Assembly (NCBI RefSeq): GCF_036321535.1
Contig: NC_087436.1
Coordinates: 18,166,001-18,230,000, forward strand
Source of the DNA: Camelus dromedarius
Lineage: Eukaryota
Direction of reading: 5' to 3'
DNA: 64,000 nucleotides
Shown here in pieces: positions 38,380 through 51,750 of the stretch (the first letter of the stretch is position 1; the number at the start of each line of letters is the position of its first letter). Position numbers and translations under genes: made by a program. The notes under the pieces are model-generated. The model worked only from the letters and a program-made list of their open reading frames with translations. It was not told the origin of the DNA and made no database searches.

Positions 38380-38474
38380 GGGGGGAGGGTATATAGCTGA
38401 GTGGTAGATCGCATGCTTACTTAGCATGCACAAGGTTCTGGGTTCAATTCCAGTACTGCCACTGAAAAAAAAAA
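38380..38474 (+). mobile_element. Vic-1-type SINE without the 3' tail
   Basis: GGGGGGAGGGTATATAGCTGAGTGGTAGATCGCATGCTTACTTAGCATGCACAAGGTTCTGGGTTCAATTCCAGTACTGCCA, then A10. Degenerate flanking repeat AACAATGAGTCTGTCTCT / AACAACAGAGTATATCTCT. Confidence 0.88.
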
Positions 38475-41186
38475 GCAAAACAACAGAGTATATCTCTATT
38501 CCACTGGCTTTGACATGAGGACTAACATGAAATGTTTATCAAGCAGCTACAACGAAATGAGGTGGCCCCCAACAGCTAACACACAGTTATCAAGATTTCT
38601 CCACAGCCTCTAATCACCAGCCACTGCTGAAGCCAAAGCTTCTGCTCTAAGTCTCCAGCCCCCCAACAGGTCCAGAAGGGGCTAACCTCTGAGCAGAACT
38701 CCCAAGGCTGCCGGGGCTCCCAGCACGGCGACGCGCTCCTCCTGCTCACCTGCCCCGGGCTTCCTGACACTTGGGCTACCTTAGACCTCAATCTTCCTGA
38801 ACCCACCAGGGACTCTTCTGCTCACTGAGGATGGGAGAGGGGACTGGCTTCCAGTTTACAGCACCCAGCACCAGAGGGTACATCCACCCATGTGACAGCA
38901 CAAGCTCTACGAAGACCCTGGTCCATGGAACCCACCACTTTCCATAACCAGTGCCCATCTACAGAGAAGCAGAGAAGGAGAGGCGCTCTCCCCCTTCCTT
39001 AGGTTGTGATCTCCTGACTCGCCAATAAAGACACTGGGAATTTCTGTGATGGATAATTCACTTTGGTGGTGGGGGGCTTAAATACCACCCTCTCCTGATC
39101 TCTTTTTAAATTTACATAGCTTTTCTCCCCTTGTTTGAAAAGCCGTATGTCTTAGTCAAGTTAGCAAAAAAGCAGATATGCAAAAAAAAAAAAAAAAAAA
39201 AACCAAAACAAAACCCCAAAACCCAGAACTTTTAAAAGATAAATTCCCTATTTTCTTTGCAAACCATCATCATAAGAAGACAGATACAGATTAAAGACAT
39301 CAACTCCTAGGGTGGACTGACTGGCCCTGGCAGGGTCAGGAGCAGTAAAGTCAAGGAGCGATGGGGTTAAGGAAGCCCTCCCTGCAGGGGTGGAGGAGAG
39401 TTCAACAGGGAAGAGAGAGGAAGGGAAGAGGTGAAGACAACGTTGGCCTACGTACAACTGCTACCTTATCATTTCTGGGTGTGCACCCAATTTCAGCAAA
39501 ATCTGCTAAAAACTGCTTAAGATGATTATTTTTCTGAACTTCAGACAAATCACTTGTGGTTTGCTGTGAGACACAAATCAATGTAAGGCGTACTCTGATA
39601 TCTCCCCACAAAATTCATCAACTCCTGAGAAAAGCAATCATGGAACCAAGAGTCCAGTAATTTCCAGTGCCCAGTAGTTGTCTCTGGGGAACCTCTATTT
39701 GTTTGCCCAGCTCAGAGGACATTATTTCATAGACAAGAATAAAAACAGTCACCAGTGAGGGCGCACGGAGTCTGTGGATGACACGCACAAGGCTGTAAGT
39801 GGGCGTGCGAGTCTGCTGTCTAATGACTTTAAGCAACTAGCATCATGTCTGGGTAGCCACGAATCTCTGCCACGCAACAGTGGCTCAGGGGAGCCCCTGA
39901 GAGCATCTTCACATTCAGGATAAACTAAGCCACGCCTCTCATCGGGTGGGAGAGAAGGACTATTGCCCCCTGGCCTGCCAGAGCACAGACTGAGTTACAG
40001 CTCAGGGTCCCAACACTCCCAGCTACCATCTTGAATGTGGGAATGTGCCAGTTTTTCATCTGAAATACGTAGAGGAAACAGATAGCAATGTCCACTATCT
40101 CTTACAAGAGACTTTCTTTTGTGGCAGGGAACTGGAGGGAAAAAAAAATTGCTTGTCAAGGACTTGCTCCATCATTTAAAAATCGAAGAGAAACCTCCTT
40201 TATTGGGAAAAAGAATGACTTTGGAACATGTGAAATACCTTGACCTATGATGTAATGTCCTCTAAGGAGACTGAGCCAGTAATTTTTCACTGGCAATGAA
40301 GTCGCCCATCACCTCAATGAGTGTACAGGTCGTAATAGCTCCAGACTGACTGACTGCAATAAATAAGACCCACAAGTCATAAACATCAGCGGAAACCCAA
40401 GAAATGCAATTCTGCTATATTGTTTTCTACCTGTCAGAGGCCACAGCTGTATTTACACACTGCCTGTATCAGAATCTCAGCTGCTGTAGGTTTTCCTCTG
40501 TAAGTTTGCTTCCCGGTGGCTGGGATCACGGCATTTCTGTACGACAGAGCTACAGGGGTCCTAGGTGATCTGTATATATTTGGTCTTCATTTTTCAGGAC
40601 CTGAGATTAAGGCAAGTGTGAATTTTGGAACAGAGAGTCACCGCTCTAGATTAAAACCAGGCAGTCCAGGCAAGGCCTCGTTGTTTAAGGCTCTGAGTAG
40701 CATGTCAATGACCTTGGCAGCAGCTTTGGTTTTATTCGATTTATTCAGATGCTACTATAATCAATACTGTGCAGCTGGTATGCAGAAATGATAGATTAAA
40801 AAAGAAAGAAACGAAAAGGAAAGCAAAGCACACGATAAGAACTAAATGTGCAAATGCTAAGGACCTTTTTTTTTTTAATGCTATAAAGAGAAAATGGTGA
40901 GATTAATTCTGTGAAATTCCTCGGAGAAGAGTTTTTTATCTTTATAAAGAAGGAGGAAGATGGATCAGAAACCAAACATAGCTGCCTAAGAGACACTCAG
41001 TGACACACAGAAAGAAATGAGATTTCCAGAGGGAAAGCATTTTGACAAATACATAATCATTAAAATAGGAAATAAAATATGTATTCATAACTATGTCAAG
41101 TATCACTAAAAAGTTCAAAGGGTGTAAGAAATTCCCATCATCAAGAATTTTACGGTCAATCTTGGGGTGAGAGAAAAATTAAACAG

Positions 41187-41538
41187 GGTTATGGACCTCG
41201 TGTTGGTGTGCCCCTCCCAGGGGTGGTATTAGGAGGCGGGGCCTTCGGTGGGGGGAACCAGGATTAGGTGAGGTCGTGAGAGTGGAATCCTCAGGAATGC
41301 GGTGAGTGTCCTTCTAAGAGCCACCAGAGAGCCTGCTTCCTCCCTCTGCTCTCCATCACCTGAGGATACAGGGGGACGTCAGCAAGTCTGCAAACCAGAA
41401 GCAGACTCCCACCAGACCCTCCAGGCTGACACCCTGATCTTGGACTGCTGGCCTCCAAAACTGTGGGAAATAAATTCCTGTGGTTCACAAGCCCCTCCAT
41501 CAAAGTACTGTTGTGACAGCAGCCGGAACTAAATAAGA
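41187..41538 (+). mobile_element. MaLR LTR (MLT1A/B-like)
   Basis: GGTATTAGGAGGCGGGGCCTT...GACACCCTGATCTTGGACTGCTGGCCTCCAAAACTGTGGGAAATAAATTCCTGTGGTT...GCAGCCGGAACTAA. Confidence 0.85.
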
Positions 41539-42000
41539 TAGATAAGCAGGCAGATGGAGGTGCTGACGTAGATACCTAGACACATATCCACACTACTGCT
41601 ACCAGATAACGACACACGGTAAGTACTCACTAATAATGGGAGGGATCCGTTTCCTAGCATCAGGGATTGGCTATAGACAGAGAAGGGTGTTATTTACAAT
41701 CCTCCCGTAGATCAGAGCAAGAGAGAGGGCTTCCTGGAAGTGAAAACTAAATTAAGCCCTGAAGACAAGTCAGGATTATCTTGAGCAAAAAGGGAGACAC
41801 TTCAGGCAGAGGGAGTCCAAGTCTGCAGGAGGCACACAGGGGCTGCTTGAGGACCACAAACACTACCCCAGGAAGACAAAGGCGGGGGAGTGGGGACCAC
41901 TGTCACTCTCCCACGCACACTCCTCAGAGAAGCTGTTTACAGCAGCACGTGCCTAGAGCCATGAGGGGAGGGACGGACAGGAGTCTGTATTAGGGCTTGC

Positions 42001-42128
42001 CAAACACCACTTGGGAATACGTTAGAAATGCACATTTTCAGGCTCCCCCTCAACCCTAAGAGTCACTCTGGGGTGGGCCCCAGCACTGTGGGCTTCACAA
42101 GCCTTCCAGGGATGCTCAAGTCTCAGAA
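42001..42128 (+). mobile_element. MER5A (hAT-Charlie) fragment
   Basis: CACTTGGGAATACGTTAGAAATGCACATTTTCAGGCTCCCCC...CTCTGGGGTGGGCCCCAGCA...ACAAGCCTTCCAGG. Confidence 0.75.
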
Positions 42129-43973
42129 GAGTTCCCCGATGTAATGAGAAATCTGGACTGAAAGGTCCTCAGGTCAGTCCTTTCAAAGATACACAGGAAA
42201 CATCCTACAGACTGAAGAGAAACAGAGACGAATTTTCTCCAGTGCACAGAAAAAAAACAGTCAAGCTCTTCCAGTAGGAGAAAGCCTACATTATGACCAG
42301 AATCTCCTTTCCGGACTTGCTTCAACCACTTATTTCGCCTCCTCTCCCTTTCTGGCCTCTCAAGGTTGGAGTGCTTTCAGTGACATTTTTAAATCTGTAT
42401 GAATAGGAAGCTGGGGGAATTCACTCCTCGTTGGATTTATGACCCAAAATATTAAGTTCTTCCTGTTTCAGCCACGGACGTGCTGTGAATTGAGCTGTGG
42501 CTGTATCGTGGCTCAGAATGCCACTTCTCCACGGAACCACAATGGAAGAAGAGTGACCAACACCACCATTCTCCACTGACTGTGATACATCTTACTGACA
42601 GACATGATGCGAGATCTGGTTTGCGCTTAACACACACATACTCACAATACAAACACACATACACACACAACACGAATTGGACCCCTAGAGCGCCCAGGAT
42701 TACAGATTCTCATTCCTCTGTAACCATTGTCTTTGTTACTTGGAGCACCAAAGTGGAATAGTGTCCTTATTTTGAAAGAAAGAATTGCAGCCGTGACAGG
42801 CATGCGTGAGGACATATAACTCAAATCCATCACGCACAGTCTTCAGCACTTAAATATACATACGTGACCATCTCGAAGGGACAAAAAAAAAATCTCATCT
42901 GGGGAACGGGTATCCATATTTCAAGTTTCACTTTGATTTTCCCTTAGATTTTCAAAATCTCCAGGTCACCCCCAAATTTTAGCATACCAAATCTCTCCCA
43001 GCCTCTTTTAATACTTAATAAGTTCATAATGATTTCATATGAATCCAGCAGTAACTATAAAAAGCCAAGGAAATATGAGGAACACTCGCCAACTCCATTT
43101 AAAGTCCCAAGAATGCCCAGCGAGGGTCAAATGACATCATTATCTGTGACTTATTTTAAGTAACTTAGATTTTTTTTTTTAACTTTAAAGACAGGACAGC
43201 CAAATACTCTCAGGCTGAATTATAGACGTATTTTTAGATGTAACTTGATTGACTAATCAAGTAATGTTACAGAATTATTAGTGGAGTTCTATTTTATTTA
43301 TTTTTTCTCCTTCTCTGAGCATTTGTTTGAAATCTGACGTCCCACATCACCACTAATCTGCATTCACCCCCCAGCCTCAGTAAGCACAGAAAGACGAACC
43401 CTCACGGGGTCAAACCAGGTCCACGGCAGTTTGTCTGCACTGATGTTATTTGTCCTAATGTACCTCAGCTGATCTGCACACGCCAGGCACTAAACCAAAC
43501 CGAGAAGATACAATCAGGTATTTCACCCATCAGTTGTCAGTTACCCAGGGTGCTAATGGAGTAGACAGGGCAGGACGCTAGTATAAAGCTCTCAAAAGTT
43601 CATATAAATGAAGCGTCCTTCTATAGGAAATGTCAGAAGTCTGCATCGATCATGATATATGCGTTCACATCTCTCTAGAAGTTTGCACACCTAGTGAGAA
43701 AGCATCCTCTGTGCAACCCCCTACGAGCACGCAGTGAACTTAAAGCAGATCTGAAACAGCACTCACCCACCCCTTCCATCCTGGGAACACCGAGACCCTG
43801 TTCAAGAAGGGCCTTGTTTCATGGGCCCTTCTCCCTTGGGCAGCCCCACTGAGGAGAGAACAAAAGTCCTTAGATCTAACGGCCTCAGTACCCGCCAGAC
43901 AAGCACACTTTAAAATGAAGGTCACAGCCCTCCTCTGTCCCTCAGAACCAAACAGAAGAGCACAGCTACTTAC

Positions 43974-44133
43974 ACAGTGGACACCCAGTCCCCAAAGCTG
44001 CCCCCATCTGCCAGAAGGTGATTTCTGTCTGGTCCGGGAGGCCCGTAGGCAGCGGCCATCGTGGGAGACGGGGAGGAAAGTGAGTCCAGGCTGCTGGGAG
44101 GGGTGTCCTCCTTGAGAAGACTGGGGTTGTCAC
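43974..44133 (-). CDS. ARHGAP10: ARHGAP10 coding exon (fourth from the end, post-RhoGAP linker)
   Basis: TTGATGCCTTTTTCTCCTCCCTAG|GT GAC AAC...TCC ACT GT|GTAAGT; 160 nt; DNPSLLKEDTPPSSLDSLSSPSPTMAAAYGPPGPDRNHLLADGGSFGDWVST. The four exons (494 nt) join in one frame to the stop. Confidence 0.95.
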
Positions 44134-47100
44134 CTAGGGAGGAGAAAAAGGCATCAACTTTCACACAACCACAAACAAGTACGCGGCATCGCTTGATTGG
44201 TCAATCAAATTATATTCAAAATTACATTTACAGTTCAGTCTGAGAGTATGTTGGTGTCCTATCTTTAAGGATTCTGTTGTTGATTTATTTTTTAACCAAA
44301 GATGCTTAAAATAAATCATAGACAATACACAGTGAGGAGTGTTTTCCCCACAAGAAGAAAATAATGCAAATCAGACAAGATGGAAGATGAAATGCTTTCA
44401 TGGTGGCCCCAACGACTCCCTGCTCTATAAGGAGCACAGACATAAGTCAATGACAACCTTGAGAGCCACTCAGAGCAGTGTACCAGCCCTGCGGAGTCCA
44501 GCCTCTCGCTTTCTAGTCTTTAAGCCACTGCTGGTCTCCACCCGGCACATAACAAATCAAACAACTTGCAAGGGACCTGGTCTTCTGAGCCGATGTCTCG
44601 GATGATGATTTAACAGCCCAATTTGTTAAATCCGGGACACAGAGGAACTTCCATGTTCCTGTGAATATTAGGGAGGAGGTTCTACAAGAACCTACAGTGA
44701 CTGCAGGGGATGACTTTAAACCAAAACTTAAAAGCATTTCTTAAATGGGTTGCATGAGTTATTCACTCGAAGAGGATCATTTTATAAAATATGTTGAGTA
44801 TCATTCATGCACACTATGGGCTTGGGTAGAAGATGGAGAAGAGCTCCCAAGAGCAGCCATTTCCCTCAACTGCTCTTCTGGCTTTTGCAGTTCTCCTGGC
44901 TGCCACCAACGCACCTGAAGTCCCCATTGAAGCTTGGAGCCTTCAGCCAAAGTGACAGTCCCCGTTACATAGTGACTGCTCCGGGGTGTCTTACGGAAGC
45001 AGCAACTTACTAAGACAGCGCCGCCTCGGCCTGGATTTTATAAATGACGGGTCCTAACTGTTGTTCAACAAACCACCATGGAACCAGATGACACACATGA
45101 CCCAGCCCCACACAGCTTCTAGCTGATGAAACCTTCCTTCTTCCTCAGCCCTCTGTCCCAGAAACAGAGCCTGCATGAGCGCCAACAACAGCAAGGCTCC
45201 TGCTCTCCCAAGACTGTCTTAGATGGATTTCAAGTCTACTGATCACAGAGCCCAAGAGAAACACTGGGCTCTGAGTGAGCTCCACCCTGAGATACTAACC
45301 TTGAAAACTGACTGTAGAAAATAATTCTTCCTTGACTCTGACCCAGCTTACAACTAAGGCTAAAAGAAACTTCCAAGTGAGATCTAGAAAAGCTGGATTC
45401 AGGCAGGTAGGAATGAGAGGCGGTGGTGATGGCTGAAGAAGGGATTCCTTACAGAAGCAGCTGGGGTGATGCATGACCCTGTGCAGAAGATTGTGGTAAA
45501 GGAGAGTCTTCAGAGCTTCCGTTTTCTAAGCACATGTCAGGGAGAGACATCTGGCGGCACAAGAGGTGAACACACTCTCTGTGGGCAGGTCTTGTCCCAG
45601 CCCACGTCTCTATAAGCCTTGCCCTGTCCCTGTTCACAGACACACAGTCCAGAGAACTGCATGTTTCCTCTTTCAGTCAAGTCCCTGTTTCTATAGCCCT
45701 CCACCCCAAAGGTATTTAGCTAACTGAAATAATCCAGCCCCAAACAGAATGGCTAATTCTCAGGCAAATGACCTGAAACCCACTGACAGACCACTACGAT
45801 TTCTTGTTGACTTCTTTTCCTTCTGGGATACAGTCCACTTTGAAACAAAGGTGGCTTCTCCCTCAGGGCCTGGATAGCTCAATTCATCCAGTTCTCTTCT
45901 GCAAACGAGCCCAAGAACAAAGGTTTTCCCGGCCCCTGGCCTGTGCCCCTCGGTCATCTGGGCAATGACACCCTTTGAAACTAAGATGGTCTCACATGTA
46001 ACCCGGGGAAACTCCTGAATGTTCAGCTACACAACAGCTGCTGATTCAGGGCTTGTCTGGAAGCTGCAAAATATGGCTGGTTCTGAAGCAGAACAGGACA
46101 ACCCCCACAGTGAGTCACACGCCAGCATTCTCCTGGCTGCAGGAGGCTGGATGCCAGCCCTCTGCATCCTGGGCCTCGGGCCCTGTCTCTGGGGCCAGAC
46201 ATGACACGGGGAAAGCAGCTGATAAGAGTCTGGGCCCAGCTAGTCCCCAACTCACTCCTCCAGGGAGAAACCTGTCAGTGAGCAGCAGCTTTGGGGAAGT
46301 CGAGCCCAAGGTCTAAGGTTCCTTTCAAAAGGTCCCTGAAATGTTTTCGCAACCAGATACGCACACTCCCCAACACCACCCCCAGTCCTGTCCCCAAGCA
46401 GACTGCCACAGCACGAACTCATTCAGCACATTCACTCACACGCTAGTAAGAGAATTTCTCTCTTCCTTTCTGCCAAAGAGTGGCAATCTGAAGCCTCAAG
46501 TGAAAAGAATACAGAGAGAAGGAACAGGTTTGCACAAACTCATCAGATGAAGAGATCCCTCAGCCTGCTTTACTGCTTTCTGTGTCCCCAAATTCCTTCT
46601 CCTCTCATGGCTCAGGAATGAGCTTACCAACTAGAGAATCATTGAATTTGAAGAAACACTAATATCAGGCAACTAACAGTTAAGTATTCTAAAACTTCAG
46701 TTCATCAAAATCAAATGACTTCTTTTGAACTAGTCTGAAAATAATCAAGCTTCAAAAAAAAAGTTCTATGTTTGACAATTTAGGTAATAAAGATTTTTCA
46801 ATCCTGTGAAACGAACTTGCATTTGAGAATTAACGTCAGGCACACTCATCATTTGTCACCTTTGGCTTCTCTGGAGCGTCACACAACTGCTTTCCTTAGG
46901 TGCTACCCTTTCACAGGCACCCACAGCCAGACACGTCACCTACGAGTAACAAGGCTGTTCCGGGTATGGGAACAAAAATGGGGCTGAAGGACTGTCACTG
47001 TAAACAGACTCCAAGGTAAGACACTCACGAGATAGAAGCACCATCATCCAGAAAAGAAAATGGCTTTCTCGCCACATCCAGCTCCACTCCCACCTTCCCC

Positions 47101-47479
47101 ACCAAGCGCTCGCCAACCACCTTTTCTGTGGGTTCTCTTTTCTCACAACTGCAAGCAGCAATCAAGTTTACATGGCAGTGTCTATGAATGGTTTCATGAC
47201 CTGGTTTTAGCTCTCCATCTCTGTGATGCATCTTTAAAGGGTGAAGACCGTATCTCATCTTGGTAATCTTTAGAGAACACAACACAGTGCCAGGCAAATC
47301 AGGAGGCTTTCAGGAACTACTGACTGTGAACACACTGTCACAGAAAAGATCGAGAAATTGAAAAGCCAATGCCTCTAGGAATTAAGAAAAGGCAAGGGGA
47401 GGGGAGGAGGTGAAATCTATAAACCTCAAACAACTGTCACAAAATCCGCACAGTTTCTGAGGATCAAGCCTCATCTCTC

Positions 47480-48290
47480 TTTAATCAACCAGCCTTTACT
47501 GAGCTTCCACACACAAGGTACACAGTGGATGCCGAGTTACAAAGGTGAGGAATCGGTCCCCAAGCCGAAGGGGCAGAAGACAGCCAGGTAAAAACATCAT
47601 AGCAGAAGGTGGGTGGAGCTTTCCATATCTCACTGAGGCATCTGGATTTGTGCTCTGGGGATTAGGAAGTCATTGCAGGGATTAAGCAGCAAAGTAATAC
47701 TATCAAAAGAATCGATGCAAGAGATATTCAGGTATTACAGCTATCAGAACTCTGTGAGCAGAGGTGAAGGGTGAAAGAGGAACCTACCATGAGCCTCAAG
47801 TTCTTGGCTTAGGAAACTGGGTGAACGGTGAATTATCGATTGAAATAGGGAATGAAAAACAAGGAGCAAGATAAACAACACAGGGAACTATTCAATGGCT
47901 TGTAGTAATGAAAAAGAATATGGAAAGGAGTATTACATATATATATTACATATATAAAACCAAATCATTATGCTATATACCAGAAACTAATTTACGATTG
48001 ACAGCATCGTAAATCAACTATACTGCAATTATAAAAATGGGAAAAAATAAAACAAGGAGCAAACGGGGTTGCAGACATGCTGGGGCTGAGCTGTCAGTAA
48101 CAGATCCGGGGACGATGTCCAGAGGAGAGCTGCTTATTCGGCCCCAGGGCTCTGGGACAGTTTTACTGATGTAAGAGGCACGTGGTTAGAGCTGAAGTTG
48201 TGGGATCGGATGGACAGAGCAAAGGGGAAGATGGAGAAATGTAAGAAAGCCCCAGAGAAACCTCAGCATAAGGAGCGGGCTTCTCCCTAC
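47480..48290 (-). mobile_element. Degraded L2, interrupted by an L1 tail
   Basis: TCAACCAGCCTTTACTGAGC..., CAAGTTCTTGGCTTAGGAAACTGGGTGAACGGTG, and GTTAGAGCTGAAGTTGTGGGATCGGATG motifs. Confidence 0.6.
47870..48048 (+). mobile_element. Short L1 3'UTR tail with 14-bp TSD
   Basis: GATAAACAACACAGGGAACTATTCAATGGCTTGTAGTAATG...; TSD AAAACAAGGAGCAA at 47856-47869 and 48049-48062. Confidence 0.9.
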
Positions 48291-49959
48291 TGGTGGCCGT
48301 GGTTATTGCTGTTATCATGGTAAATAGAGAGAAGTGTTGTCTTGCAAGTATTTCGGATTCTCTCTTGTCATCCCAACAGACATAGATTCTCATTAAAAAA
48401 AAAAAATAGACAAAAAAAAAAGTATTGAAGAGAGTGTGCCTTTCACGCCAGCTACTAGATTTCAGCATTTAGTCTGATTTCCTTATGACCCTAAGCACGA
48501 GCACAAGTGTTTCGTTTCCATGAGAGACTGACACAAGCTGGAACGACTGGCAGAAAGCTGAACAGGCAGACGGAACATGCGTTTGATCATTGCACCATAG
48601 CTAACAATACGGAGCATGCTTATCGCCTACATTTTAACATGCTGATACACTTTTACTATAGTTAGCTGGGCGTTCTCGTTCTGATGGTGACAAGCAATGC
48701 GCTCCACTCGCCTTCTGCTCATTTCAGGGAAACGCAGCTGCTACGGCACTGCTGGAAGGCCCAAGGCTGAGAGCTGCCCTCCCCTTGTGTTCATGTCTTC
48801 TTTGTCCTCCCCGCAGATACACTTTCCAGCCGTTATGGAGTCAGAGAGAGCTCTCTTGCCTCCCTACCTGTTGTTCTCTACTTAGCCTAGCGTGTTTGAA
48901 TGTTTGAAGACAGTTTGGAAAATTTCTCAGAGATGGGCTGTCTCCACTAGTAAGGCTAGTCCACGATGCCCTCTCTCAAACACCCTGGCTTACGAATTAG
49001 CAGAAGAAAGAAAGAAAAGGAAAAGGGACCGAAAAGAGGAAAGAACAAAGAAAGGAAACGAGAGAAAAGATCGAATGCATTAGTTGAACTTAATTCTAAT
49101 AACTCCAGAGTTAGGTATTGGGTCAAATGGAAGACAACCGCAGACCCTCTGCAGTTCCACAGACACACAGATAAGCCTCCCATCGGGTCAGAATGACCTT
49201 AGAGGCTTCTAAACATCAAACAGCTGGTCATTAGGATCAAAGTCAGAGTTACTGAGAACAAAGTAACTCCATTTATAACAACACACAGTAACACTTTAAC
49301 AATTAAGGTCAGTCAGGAAATTTCCAGTCAAAGTGACAATGAAATTTTAAGTGGAAACCCACCTCTCCCCACACATATGACCAACAACCACAACAAAAAA
49401 AAATTTTTTAAAGACATTCAAAAGATAAATTAAAAACTGTAACGGCACTTGAAAACTTGTTACGTATCTCCGTGAAAGAGAAGGAAATGGTTTCAGAGCT
49501 CAGCAGCAGCACAAGCCAAAAGTCTCCTGGCTCCAGGACTCATCAAAAGCAGCAGAACCAGCAGACGTTGAAATCCTGTGGTGCCACTGGGCCAGTACAC
49601 CTACAACACACCAGGCATGGGTCAAGGTAGAAACAGGATCCCCACGTGGAACCAGGGTGAAGAGATGCTCCCCATACTCAATGGAGGCCACAAATCTATG
49701 ACAAAGCTCCCCACTTGCCTGGTGAAATGGGTCTGATACGTCCACCCACTCCTGTCCCTGGGATGAGAGTTAAGCACAGGATTAAATAGCTGGTTCTGAA
49801 CCAAAGCACCTGGTTCGATCTGGTGTGCCTGGCAGAGGCAAGAGCTGGAGAGGGAGTAGAAAAAAGAAAGAAGGAAGAGAAAGAGGCTCCAGGTCATCAT
49901 AAATGCAAGTACCCACACAAAATCCCCCCTCACCATGGACTTACCACTAACTTTAACTT

Positions 49960-51750
49960 CTAAGAACACAAAGAAAACTAAGACAGCAAACTCAACATCA
50001 ACAACAAAGAAAAAAATTCAGAGATTTAGAGGTTTGTAATATGTAAAATAGAAGTAAAATTGCCCAGAAGAAGAAATACATTGAGAAGAAATATTTAAAG
50101 AAAGGATGACCAATTGCACAAAATGAAAGAACCTCAAGGACTTCAATCTAAATGACTCCGAGCATCAAACAGGGAAATAAAGAAAACGCTGCACATGAGG
50201 TACATTGCTGTGAAATTTAATATCAAATACAAAGAAAAAAAGGCCTCCTGACAGAGCAGATCATACTTAAAAAAAAAAAAAAAAAGGACCCAGATTGACA
50301 TCAGAGTTCTCAACAGCAAATCTGAATTTACAACAATTCTGAAGTCGTATCTCTCCAATACTGAAGGAGAAGAATTTTGAGTGTAGAACTGCATATTCAA
50401 ACTGCCAAACTGCTGTTCAAACGTGAGGGCACAATGAACACATTAGACATAAAAACACCCAGGGTTTGCTACGTAAAACCTATAGTGGTAACACTCTTAG
50501 AAAGCAGGCTTCAAGTATTTACATAAAAGAAACAATACGAGATTTTCAATGTCTACTGCTGTCTTCTAAAAAGTCTAGGGCAAAAGAAAAGGGAGAAAAA
50601 AGAACCCAAAATGGTCCAGAATCTAGAAAATATCAACATGGTATGAGTAGATAGCCCACAAAAGATGACACTCCATTATTTATTTATCTTACTAGAGATA
50701 AAGAGAGAAACACAGTTGAGTTTAAGAAGTCAACAGATAAATGAGATTATAAATCTCAAAATAAAGGCAACCACCTTAGAAACAAACACAGAATATACAT
50801 TATTAGAAACAGCATAATAGTTGCTTGTGTAAAGAAAAAGGAGGAAAGGAAAAATAAGTTATCAAAATTATTAAACAAAAATTATAAAATGACAGAAATT
50901 CTAACATAATGGTAATTACAATATGTATAAATGCATTAAACTCACCAATTAAAAGACAGTGATTCTCCAAATGTATTTTTAATTCCAATAACATGTCAAC
51001 GACAAGAAACAAGCTTAAAACAAAAAGACAAACAAAGGTTGAAAATAAAAAAAAATGTGAAGCTATCTTAGACAAATATAAACCAAAATAAAGATAATTA
51101 TCTTAATAAATTACACAAGAGACAAAGAGAATCATTTTGCACTGATAAAGGGGCAAGGCAACAGAACATGAAGATAAGCACCTAATGACACAGCCTCAAG
51201 CAGCAGACAGAACTGTAAGGGAAAGCAGGAAAATCAACTGGTGTAATTGGAGATTTTAACACACACTTCTCAGGCACTGCTATTAGGGAGCCCCTTTCCA
51301 AAAAGGAAAAAAAAAAAGAAAAAGAAAAAGAAAAAGAGAGAGAGACATATCTGTAGTCAACAGTACAAGGCTGCCTGCTTTATGCACACACATGCACAGC
51401 ACCTTGCAATAAAAAAGGACAGTCTTCAAGAACAAATATTTTTGAGGAAAATGTTTTGAAGGACGACTATTATATATACTCTCTTCTCAGACTGAAACTA
51501 CAAAATACTTAGAATTTAATAAACAAAAGGACAGATTTTTCAATTTTATATGCTGGTAAACGAAACATGGCTAAATAGAAAGTCATAATGCAAATTAAGG
51601 TGTAGAACTCAATGACAAAGACATTTTATAACAAAATTTGTGAAACATGGCACCATAATACCAAGGAGAATTTTTTAGCGCTAAAATATTTATTAGGAAA
51701 TAAAGAATAATTAGAACACTTTTATGCCATATTTAAATAGACAATTTTCC
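49960..51750 (+). mobile_element. Ancient degraded L1 (ORF1 end to ORF2 endonuclease region)
   Basis: Very A-rich; ATAATGGTAATTACAATATGTATAAATGCATTAAACTCACCAATTAAAAGACAG (start of ORF2 EN) and GGAGATTTTAACACACACTTCTCAG. Confidence 0.75.

Noticed and set aside
44600-44700. C-box-like ATGATGA suggesting a snoRNA
   Set aside because: It is on the strand opposite the host transcript, with no terminal stem or well-placed D box.
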